Of a stretch of 64,000 nucleotides of DNA, positions 1 to 10,864 are shown piece by piece; position 1 is the first letter of the stretch, and each line of letters opens with the position of its first letter. The DNA is taken from the NCBI RefSeq assembly GCF_002105155.1, contig NW_019029004.1:62001-126000 (forward strand), in the 5' to 3' direction. Source of the stretch: Lobosporangium transversale (taxonomy: Eukaryota). The notes under the pieces were generated by a model. It had not been told where the DNA came from. It worked only from the letters and a program-made list of their open reading frames with translations, and ran no database searches. The position numbers and the translations under genes were made by a program.

Positions 1-2491
1 AGAAATTTCATGAGGGCAAAATAAAGTGAAAATAAAAATCGTAGTCAAATACAACCAATTGTATCTTTGCATAACTTTTTTATTGATTGGGTCTTTTTTA
101 CGAATCGCGCGATAAAATACAATAAAGCAAATCAGTTAAGATTATATACATGTACAGTAGTAAAATAAACAAAAAATAAAACACAAAATAAGGCAGAATA
201 TTTGGAAGATACGGTAGTAAATGAGAGGATGCTTATTTACAAAGCATCCTTGTAGACAATGTCCCGTATGTATAGCCCAGGTCTGAGATTAAGTTCAATT
301 GCACCCACAACACCGATATATGGATCCGTCTTCAGCTTAGATTGGTTCTCGCTGATGAATTGAAGCTGATCCACCTCAAGCCTACTGTATTGATCGGTAG
401 CGTACTAATAAGTCAAGCATGTATTCATCCTGATGAAAAATCGCTGGTCTGTTGAGCTCAAAGGACGAATCTGCAGCCTGTACGTGTAAAACTCCTCCAG
501 CTTGGCGTATTCTCGACTTTTCCTAGCTCGGCCATCGCCCTCACCTACATCCACCTCTAGCTGGCCGTTTTCGCTACCGTCATAGCTGTCACCATGAGGC
601 CCTGCAGAGGTTTGACCTGGCCTAGGCCATTTTTTATATTTTTTATATGTCCAGTCCTCGCCTTTTGGATGCAAGAGGTTATTATGGAGACTCTCGTGAG
701 CTGGATGAACCTCACTGGTTTTTTTCAAACCACTGGCTCTGCTTTCAATTATGATGCCTTGCTGAGAAACCTTACTACTGGCGCCAGCCATCAATAGCAC
801 GATTCCAGTTGATGAGAGGGCCTGTACTGCATTCGCCTTTGCCCTCTCCCCTCATGCTGAGGCCCAGCACGGATGACGACCTTCAGCCGCATGATATCCT
901 CGTGCGCACATTCTCTGACGTCTTTGAGCGTATGGGCTATCGGGTAGTGTAGTTCAAGGAGCTGCTGTGGTTACTGCAACAGGCCTTCATCAAGGAATCC
1001 CCGAAATGGTTATTACGGAGTCTTGCTTGCTGAGCAGGGTCATGAATGTGAGCGTGAGCCTGCAGGAACAGAGAGGCAGCGCCTTCAGTTGGCGTCATAG
1101 GATCAATCAGAGTACCAACCCTTTCAATGATACGAAGCGTGTACACTCCATATAGGTTGTTCGCAAGGTCTTTATCAAGGTTCACTTCCATGGACGTGAA
1201 CAAAAGAGCGCAGTTATATGCTTATATGTGTTAACGGAATAACTTACCTTGCGGCTCTGCCCATCAAGAAGTTAAACCAAGGCTAAGTGGAGGAATATCC
1301 ACTTGACCTCTCCCACAGCATAAAGGAAATTCTGGCCGGCTTTTACTACTGCGTTGCACACACATTCTTCAATAAACATGAAGGCACCGCAATAATGGCA
1401 ACTGACCATCGGTTCTAAGCGGTACCTATATTGCATAATATTGGAACCCGAAACGAAATCTTGCTGAAACCTTTTTCTAGCGGGTGGTAGAAAGTTGTCT
1501 TCGGCAAAGGAATTATCTTCGGTAGAAGGAGCATCCTCAACAGAAGGATCACCTTTACGCTCGTGTATTCTGAAGGTCAATGGTAAGTGGTAAATGGTAA
1601 TTGTGTAAGATTAAGTACACGCAATGTATAATACAGTATAATAAGCCAATAAAAAACCGAACAAAAAGTAGCACACCCTTGTCTTTGCACGGGTCTTTCA
1701 TTTTCATCTCCACCATCTTCAAAACAATACTTCGTGTGCACACAGGCCTAGCGCCATTTTGCACTGAGTTACTAACAACGCTATTAAAGCAAGCAGTAAA
1801 CAGGAAAAAACTAAGGATTAATAGTCTATTGCTGAGAAGAAAAAATCAAACCGTTGCAAATCAAACTCACCCTTTATTGCTTGAGCATGGTCTACATCTA
1901 CTCCTAGGCAACTGCAGATACTGCATTTATACACTGTAGGAGCTGGTTGACGGTGCTCGCCCTGCAGGTAAGTAATAATGATGGAGGGTTAAAAAAGAAT
2001 GACAAAATCTAATGAATATAAAATAGGAACCTTTGCCTTCGAATTGACCCAACATTCTGCACATCGTTGCTGGCAGCGTTATTCAAGTTATAGAAGGTAT
2101 ATAAGCTTAAGCTCAGCATGCACCAACCACTACCATGTCAAAAAAAATAAAATAAAATAAAATAAAAAAAAAGTTTTCTACGATTGTTAAATACCGAACC
2201 ACTCATTCTTCATTATTTGGGTATGAGCTGCGCACATGGCCTGGACGACTGCACCCACATACAGACGTGGAATGGAAGGGGGAGCGAGGCGATTGGGAAA
2301 ATCGTTCTGTCTTTATCAGTTGGAAAATATTATTAATGTTTAAATATTCCAAAAACATAAAAACAAAAAGATAAGAAGGCCTTACCACATTCCTTACATT
2401 CTGAGGGCATAGTCCTTGCCATGTCTGTCGCTGCTGCACAGGCTACATGCCATGAGGCGTAGCATTGAGAGGGATCTTTAACTAATATAGA
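1..2491 (-). mobile_element. Non-autonomous, internally deleted Helitron, copy 1 (3' end lies just outside the window)
   Basis: Broken minus-strand frames carry RepHel N-terminal motifs (CHYCGAFMFIEEC; FTSMEVNLD...GVYTLRI; SEVHPAHESLHNNLLHPKGEDW; EFYTYRLQIRP; DQYSRLEVDQLQFISENQSKLKTDPY) and a helicase-type C-terminus YIRDIVYKDAL* (stop 237-239); candidate 5' end A^TCTATATTAG at 2491. Confidence 0.88.
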
Positions 2492-4161
2492 TAATAAAAT
2501 CCAAAATAAAATAAAATAAAAATAAATGTAATAGTGGCAAAAGTAGAGAACAGTGGATAAACGTGAATTATATAGATGTAGTCCCTTCGGAAATAAACCG
2601 ATATTCTCCTCACCTAATGCAATAACAAAAATAAAGTTAAGCATTTAGCATTGGCGGGTATGCAAGCGAAAATGCTAGAATTTAACTGTTACACTAGATT
2701 GTTCCTCGCAGAAGAACTACGTAATGTAAATTATCATTCCCATAGTTTTAGATAGGCTTTCTAGCATTACTTTTGTAGTGTAGGAGGTACTCTTTTATGA
2801 TCATTACTTGGCTATTTAGCTACCTCTATTATAGACAATGCATCAGTATAGTACGTAGGTCCCTTGTCCTCTTTTTGTGAGGGAGATTGTGGGATTGAAA
2901 GAGAGCGAACAGTTGTTCATGTGGAGGTATGCGGGACGGCTGCTGGGAGATCAACTCGGTGGAGTGAGTCCCGTTAGACCAAGGACTTGAGCTTGGCTAT
3001 CCTTAGAATAGGACAAACACATCCTTGCTGCAAGAGCAACCTACATCAAGCAAGCACTACATCGAAGTTCGGCTGCAGTCTTAAACCTTTCTACCTCATT
3101 TTTCCTTTCTTCCCCTTTTTCCATCTCTATCAAGCAATGCAAGCAGGCAGAGCCGATTGGCCTATAAGCCCAGTCATATTCCTTCACCTGTTCTCCTCCT
3201 TGTAAGCCTCTTCAAACCTCCGTCTCACCGGACTTGCCATGCTTTGATGACCCATTTGGCAGGTGGCGAAGGTCTGACAGATGAATGTATGGAACATGTC
3301 TTTTTTTTTTCTTTTCAAATGAAGAGTGAAAGATATGTGAAGGTAAAGTGTGTGAAAGCAAGGAATGTGATAGAAGAAGGTGTAGAGTGGTAAAGTACGC
3401 TAAGAGTTCAGGCCATAATATGTATATACTCTCGCATCGTATATTGTTGACATGACTTTAAATGTGGGTATACCGTACTCAGAGTAGAGTCAGGCAAAAA
3501 TTTTTTGGTGTCGACATTTGCAATGAAGAGAGCACTACCCTTTATTTTCTCTTTTCATTTACAAATAAGATACCTCTTTATTTCCACCCAGGGAGCCATA
3601 TTGGGGCCAAAGCCACTCTCTGTAGCAGTCACTTTGCCTTCATGGCAGTCACATTTCGGCACGTGCAGACACCCTTTCGTTCCAATATGTAGGATGTTAC
3701 GTCACACTTGGGGCCAATTTAATCTTTAATCGCATGGCGTCTTGTGGAACAAGAAAAAAAATTTTCTCACACACACACACAGCATAGCCCAACCTTGAAA
3801 TAAAGGAACAAATTTTTCAATTGTCGCTCCTTTCTTTAACTTGCTTCACTTCATTTTTGCACTCTCCTCTTCCTTTTCTTCCTTTATCCTCTTTTTCACT
3901 TTTTTCTTATTTACCCCAATTTTGCCCATCAATTTTGCTCTTTTATTTATTCCAAGCCTTCATTCATTGCCTTTCCTTTCTTTCCTTTCTTTCCTTTCCT
4001 TTTTTTTTTTTCTTTTTTCTTTTCCTCCCTCAACTTCATCTCTAGACAATTTTGAACCATCCTGCTACTGAATTATCATCCTTAGCATTTTTATCAACCT
4101 TTCCCTATTTTCTGTCCTCCGCCTATTTACGCCCTTGTTTTTAAACAGGTTTGAAAACACA

Positions 4162-6588
4162 ATGGGAAGCAGCAGAACACCATCACGATGCCCATCACCT
4201 CGAACTGAACCGTATGAAAAGAAAGAAAGAAAAGGGGAAGCGAAGGAAGAGTCTTCAAGCACCAATGACCCTAAAATCCTCGAGCCAACCGAGCTAAAGA
4301 TTTTTTGTATTGTTGATGGAGAAGCTTCATGTTTTCCTGTAAATATTCCTTCTGATCGTTCAGTCGGCGAACTCAAGCAAGCCATCAAAGCAAAGAATAC
4401 CAATGCATTTAAGGACATCGACGCTTACCAGCTCACCCTCTACAAGGTCTCCATCCCTGACAAAGGCGAGGCTATCTTTGAGTCAGAAATCGAGTCAAAA
4501 GAGGCTCTCACAATCGCGTCAATGGAGCTTTGGGAGATATTTAATTCTGAACTTCCAAGGAAAACGATCCATGTTTTTGTCAAGCCACCGCAGCGAGGTA
4601 TATCTTTGGCTCTTGATGGACTGATTGTTGATATTTCCAGCTGATGAAGCTTGGTTTATATCTTAAACGGCCATGTGCATGATATCACCATTTGGTTTGT
4701 GTCTTGATAACTCAACATTCTTTCTCATTATTCGCTTTTGATACTTAGCTCAGAAAAGAAAACAAGATGGAGATTCTGGTGAGTGCTTTTGGCCGAGAAT
4801 CTGGTTATTGATCATTTTAGAGTGATGTGCAATAAATCAAAAATATTGACTTTGATCACTCTATCTCTTTTATCAGAGTCACCCTCTAAAAAAGCTCGTC
4901 CAAGTATAAGTAGAGATGCTCTTATGGATGCGATTACAGAAGCGGGGCTTGTAACGAAAGGGATAGTGAATGGTAGCCCTGCCATCTCGCGTCTAAGCTC
5001 GAAAGAGAGGGTCAAGCTGCTTTCGTACATGGGGGAGAGGTTATCAGTAGATAGTATTTACTACAGCATTATTAGCGTGGCTCGCGAGCTCCGAAATTCT
5101 GGTGGTATCAAGGGTTCCAAAATATTAGCAGATTATGTGATATCCAGTCTACCAGGGATGGATCTTCCGGTGATCGATGCGCAAGATCTATATGTAAGAA
5201 AGGAATTCAAGGATCTCTACGATTTAATCACCAAACAGTTTTGCAACGCTGAGGACGATGCACGAAACCGTATTGTTGTTACAGGGACGGCTGGTATAGG
5301 GAAGTCATCCTTTCTCATATATTTTGCCATCCGACTACTTGCAACCAGTACTGAGGATGATCCACCTATTGTCATCATCCAGCAAAAAGAGGATTCAATG
5401 TGCTACGCTTTTGGTGGGTCATCTACTGTTCAAAATGGAGATATAAAGGATTTCGCCGCCTTCCTAGACCTACCTAACACTTGGTTCCTAGTCGACAGCT
5501 CACCAAAGCCGGAGCTTAGGAAGGCTCGAACTATCTTCTCAGTATCACCAAAGACGTTATTTTCCGAGTCCAACATGTATCAAGAAATTGTAAAGAGGGT
5601 GGTATGGATTTATTACATGGCACCATGGGAGCTGGATGAGTTAAGACAGTGTAGAAAAATGGTTCGGACCTTTAACATCGTCAGCGAAGAATTTATGGTG
5701 GAACTCTATGAGAAGATAGGTGGTGTGCCAAGGTATGTTCTCGAGAAACCAGCGAGCCGACTGCACTTTAATAAAAAAGATCTTGATGGAGCTAGGAGGG
5801 TAGCATACAGTCGCGTAGAAGAAGCCCTCGACAACCTCAAGGATCCATTGAAGCTGTTACAATATTTTGAACAGGCCAAAGATTCACTACAATATAGCAG
5901 CCGACTTCTTCATCGTCGTCCAATAGGAGATCACCAGCAATTTGTGTTAGAGTGGGCCTCTAATCACATTCTCGAAAAGGTGTACGAAGCAGCGGACGAC
6001 AATACTTTTGATATGATATTGGATCGATTAGTCAATGGCAAAGTTGGAGTAGATCTAGGAGCTATGCTCGAGATATGTATACGTCGCATACTACGGAGAG
6101 GCGACTGTACCTTCGTGGCCAAGAGTCTAGATGTAGAGAAAAAGCAAGATATCACCATCACCATCGATGCCAAGCCGACGGTTAAATTCTTCGAAGCTTT
6201 TGATGTTTACAAGGAATCGATGAAAGGAGAACTATGGATCCCAAAAAGCAAGACTTTTGCCTGCGTTGATATGCTAATAGCGCCGAATTATCTACTCCAG
6301 ATTACGGTAAATGTAAAGCATGGTATCAAGAGTGAATCTTGCAAAGAACTTCTTAAAAAGCTTCAAGAAAAAAAGTGGATTCGCTCAGAGAAGGACGTTG
6401 TATTTATTTTTGTTGTTCCAAAAGCTAAGGCTGAGGAATATAAGAAACAAAAATTCAAGATTGGGGCTGGTCGGGTGGATCCTAAACCGACAAAAGAACT
6501 ATCAAGTATCAAGCAATATGTCATGGGGGTAGACTTAAACGCAGAATTACAGCGAGGTAGACTTGAGGGCAGAACTAAAGCGGTATAA
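4162..6588 (+). CDS. Crinkler (CRN/CR-effector) family protein, copy 1 (header A, linker X); exons 4162-4597, 4749-4778, 4877-6588, ~725 aa
   Basis: Ubl header IFCIVDGE...LKQAIK...LTLYKV...IHVFVKPP; Walker A GTAGIGKS; Walker B-like WFLVDS; YMAPWELDEL and GGVPRYV; REase-like WIPKSKTFACVD...LQIT...KHGI; GT-AG splicing keeps the frame. Confidence 0.9.
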
Positions 6589-6637
6589 AATAATAATTTG
6601 AGAATAGTACATCAAACTGCTTCCATAATAATTATAA

Positions 6638-9174
6638 CGAGCCGGAGACCGTGGCTTCGCCGCGGCCGGCTCTTGCCTTGCCTCGTTAGAAATTTCATGA
6701 GGGCAAAATAAAGTGAAAATAAAAATCGTAGTCAAATACAACCAATTGTATCTTTGCATAACTTTTTTATTGATTGGGTCTTTTTTACGAATCGCGCGAT
6801 AAAATACAATAAAGCAAAATCAGTTAAGACTATATACATGTACAGTAGTAAAATAAACAAAAAATAAAACACAAAATAAGGCAGAATATTTGGAAGATAC
6901 GGTGTAAATGAGAGGATGCTTATTTACAAAGCACCCTTGTAGACAATGTCCCGCATGTATAGCCCAGGTCTGAGATTAAGTTCAATTGCACCCACAACAC
7001 CGATATATGGGATCCGTCTTCAAGCTTAGATTGGTTCTCGCTGATGAATTGAAGCTGATCCACCTCAAGCCTACTGTATTGATCGGTAGCGTACTAATAA
7101 GTCAAGCATGTATTCATCCTGATGAAAAATCGCTGGTCTGTTGAGCTCAAAGGACGAATCTGCAGCCTGTACGGTGTAAAAACTCCTCCAGCTTGGCGTA
7201 TTCTCGACTTTTCCTAGCTCGGCCATCGCCCTCACCTACATCCACCTCTAGCTGGCCGTTTTCGCTACCGTCATAGCTGTCACCATGAGGCCCTGCAGAG
7301 GTTTGACCTAGGCCATTTTTTATATTTTTTATATGTCCAGTCCTCGCCTTTTGGATGCAAGAGGTTATTATGGAGACTCTCGTGAGCTGGATGAACCTCA
7401 CTGGTTTTTTCAAACCACTGGCTCTGCTTTCAATTATGATGCCTTGCTGAGAAACCTTACTACTGGCGCCCAGCCATCAATAGCACGATTTCCAGTTGAT
7501 GAGAGGGCCTGTACTGCATTCGCCTTTGCCCTCTCCCCTCATGCTGAGGCCCAGCACGGATGACGACCTTCAGCCGCATGATATCCTCGTGCGCACATTC
7601 TCTGACGTCTTTGAGCGTATGGGCTATCGGGTAGTGTAGTTCAAGGAGCTGCTGTGGTTACTGCAACAGGCTTCATCAAGGAATCCCCGAAATGGTTATT
7701 ACGGAGTCTTGCTTGCTGAGCAGGGTCATGAATGTGAGCGTGAGCCTGCAGGAACAGAGAGGCAGCGCCTTCAGTTGGCGTCATAGGATCAATCAGAGTA
7801 CCAACCCTTCCAATGATACGAAGCGTGTACACTCCATATAGGTTGTTTCGCAAGGTCTTTATCAAGGTTCACTTCCATGGACGTGAACGAAAGAGCGCAG
7901 TTTATATGCTTATATGTGTTAACGGAATAACTTACCTTGCGGCTCTGCCCATCAAGAAGTTAAACCAAGGCTAAGTGGAGGAATATCCACTTGACCTCTC
8001 CCACAGCATAAAGGGAAATTCTGGCCGGCTTTTACTACTGCGTTGCACACACATTCTTCAATAAACATGAAGGCACCGCAATAATGGCAACTGACCGGTA
8101 CCTATATTGCATAATATTGGAACCCGAAACGAAATCTTGCTGAAACCTTTTTCTAGCGGGTGGTAGAAAGTTGTCTTCGGCAAAGGAATTATCTTCGGTA
8201 GAAGGAGCATCCTCAACAGAAGGATCACCTTTACGCTCGTGTATTCTGAAGGTCAGTGGTAAATGGTAAATGGTAATTGTGTAAGATTAAGTACACGCAA
8301 TGTATAATACAGGTATAATAAGCCAATAAAAAACCGAACAAAAAGTAGCACACCCTTGTCTTTGCACGGGTCTTTCCATTTTCATCTCCACCATCTTCAA
8401 AAACAATACTTCGTGTGCACACAGGCCTAGCGCCATTTTGCACTGAGTTACTAACAACGCTATTAAAGCAAGCAGTAAACAGGAAAAAACTAAGGATTAA
8501 TAGTCTATTGCTGAGACGAAAAAATCAAACCGTTGTAAATCAAAACTCACCCTTTATTACTTGAGCATGGTCTACATCTACTCCTAGGCAACTGCAGATA
8601 CTGCATTTATACACTGTAGGAGCTGGTTGACGGTGCTCGCCCTGCAGGTAAGTAATAATGATGGAGGGTTAAAAAAAAGAATGACAAAATCTAATGAATA
8701 TAAAATAGGAACCTTTGCCTTCGAATTGACCCAACATTCTACACATCGTTGCTGGCAGCGTTATTCAAGTTATAGAAGGTATATAAGCTTAAGCTCAGCA
8801 TGCACCAACCACTACCATGTCAAAAATAAAATAAAATAAAATAAAAAAAAAGTTTTCTACGATTGTTAAATACCGAAATCACTCATTCTTCATTATTTGG
8901 GTATGAGCTGCGCACATGGCCTGGACGACTGCACCCACATACAGACGTGGAATGGAAGGGGGAGCGAGGCGATTGGGGAAAATCGTTCTGTCTTTATCAG
9001 TTGGGAAAATATTATTAATGTTTATATATTCCAAAAACATAAAAACAAAAAGATAAGAAGGCCTTACCACATTCCTTACATTCTGAGGGCATAGTCTCTT
9101 GCCATGTCTGTCGCTGCTGCACAGGCTACATGCCATGAGGCGTAGCATTGAGAGGGATCTTTAACTAATATAGA
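6638..9174 (-). mobile_element. Non-autonomous Helitron, copy 2 (both ends visible)
   Basis: 5' A^TCTATATT at 9174 (alternative 9260); 3' hairpin CCGCGGC-GAA-GCCACGG, 7 nt, then CTCG^T at 6638; same degenerate RepHel motifs. Confidence 0.88.
6649..6665 (-). terminator. Helitron 3' subterminal GC-rich hairpin (rolling-circle termination signal); repeated at 13349-13365
   Basis: Plus strand ccgtggc-ttc-gccgcgg, 7 bp stem with one mismatch, 11 nt from the terminus; this is the standard Helitron 3' layout. Confidence 0.8.
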
Positions 9175-10864
9175 TAATAAAATCCAAAAATAAAATAAAA
9201 TAAAAATAAATGTAATAGTGGCAAAAGTAGAGAACAGTGGATAAACGTGAATTATATAGATGTAGTCCCTTCGGAAATAAACCGATATTCTCCTCACCTA
9301 ATGCAATAACAAAAATAAAGTTAAGCATTTTAGCATGGCGGGTATGCAAGCGAAAATGCTAGAATTTAACTGTTACACTAGATTGTTCCTCGCAGAAGAA
9401 CTACGTAATGTAAATTATCATTCCCATAGTTTTAGATAGGCTTTCTAGCATTACTTTTGTAGTGTAGGAGGTACTCTTTTATGATCATTACTTGGCTATT
9501 TAGCTACCTCTATTATAGACAATGCATCAGTATGGTACGTAGGTCCCTTGTCCTCTTTTTGTGAGGGAGATTGTGGGATTGAAAGAGAGCGAACAGTTGT
9601 TCATGTGGAGGTATGCGGGACGGCTGCTGGAGATCAACTCGGTGGAGTGAGTGCCGTTAGACCAAGGACTTGAGCCTGGCTATCCTTAGAATAGGACAAA
9701 CACATCCTTGCTGCAAGAGCAACCTACGTCAAGCAAGCACTACATCGAAGTTCGGCTGCAGTCTTAAACCTTTCTACCTCATTTTTCCTTTCTTCCCCTT
9801 TTTCCATCTCCTATTCAAGCAATGCAAGCAGGGCAGAGCCGATTGGCCTATAAGCCCAGTCATATTCCTTCACCTGTTCTCCTCCTTGTAAGCTCTCTTC
9901 AAACCTCCGTCTCACCGGACTTGCCATGCTTTGATGACCCATTTGGCAGGTGGCGAAGGTCTGACAGATGAATGTATGGAACATATCTTTTTTTTTTCTT
10001 TTCAAATGAAGAGTGAAAGATATGTGAAGGTAAAGTGTGTGAAAGCAAGGAATGTGATAGAAGAAGGTGTAGAGTGGTAAAGTACGCTAAGAGTTCAGGC
10101 CCATAATATGTATATACTCTCGCATCGTATATTGTTGACATTGTGTGAATGGTATACCGTACTCAGAGTAGAGGTCAAATTTTTTTGAGCAAAAATTTTT
10201 TGGTGTCGACATTTGCAATGAAGAGAGCACTACCCTTTATTTTCTCTTTTCATTTACAAATAAGATACCTCTTTATTTCCACCCAGGGAGCCATATTGGG
10301 GCCAAAGCCACTCTCTGTAGCAGTCACTTTGCCTTCATGGCAGTCACATTTCGGCACGTGCAGACACCCTTTCGTTCCAATATGTAGGATGTTACGTCAC
10401 ACTTGGGGGCCAATTTAATCTTTAATCGCATGGCGTCTTGTGGAACAAGAAAAAAAATTTTCTCACACACACACACAGCATAGCCCAACCTTGAAATAAA
10501 GGAACAAATTTATCAATTGTCGCTCCTTTCTTTAACTTGCTTCACTTCATTTTTGCACTCTCCTCTTCCTTTTCTTCCTTTATCCTCTTTTCACTTTTTT
10601 CTTATTTCACCCCAATTTTGCTCCCATCAATTTTGCTCTTTTATTTATTCCAAGCCTTCATTCATTGCCTTTCCTTTCCTTTCCTTTCCTTTCCTTTCCT
10701 TTTTTTTTTTTTCTTTTTTTCTTTTCCTCCCTCAACTTCATCTCTAGACAATTTTGAACCATCCTGCTACTGAATTATCATCCTTTAGCATTTTTATCAA
10801 CCTTTCCCTATTTTCTGTCCTCCGCCTATTTACGCCCTTGTTTTTAAACAGGTTTGAAAACACA

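Larger units (their letters stand above)
1..6637. repeat. Tandem unit 1 (left-truncated by ~50 bp) of Helitron-remnant + CRN array
   Basis: Base 1 (agaaatttcatgagggc) recurs at 6688 and 13388; sequence is collinear and near-identical to units 2 and 3. Confidence 0.97.

Noticed and set aside
2577..3800. Possible additional element or gene relic in the spacer (repeated gcagtcac, ttggggccaa)
   Set aside because: No conserved ORF, termini or target duplication that I can support
3821..4071. Phe/Leu/Ser-rich ORFs resembling membrane or signal peptides (also 10517-10773, 17206-17462)
   Set aside because: Translation of a pyrimidine tract; frames are not preserved between copies
4783..4876. ORF-track N-terminus MLLAENLVIDHF... 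of the 601 aa ORF (also 11483)
   Set aside because: Lies inside a GT-AG intron (4779-4876); the ORF is exon 3 of the CRN gene, not a separate gene
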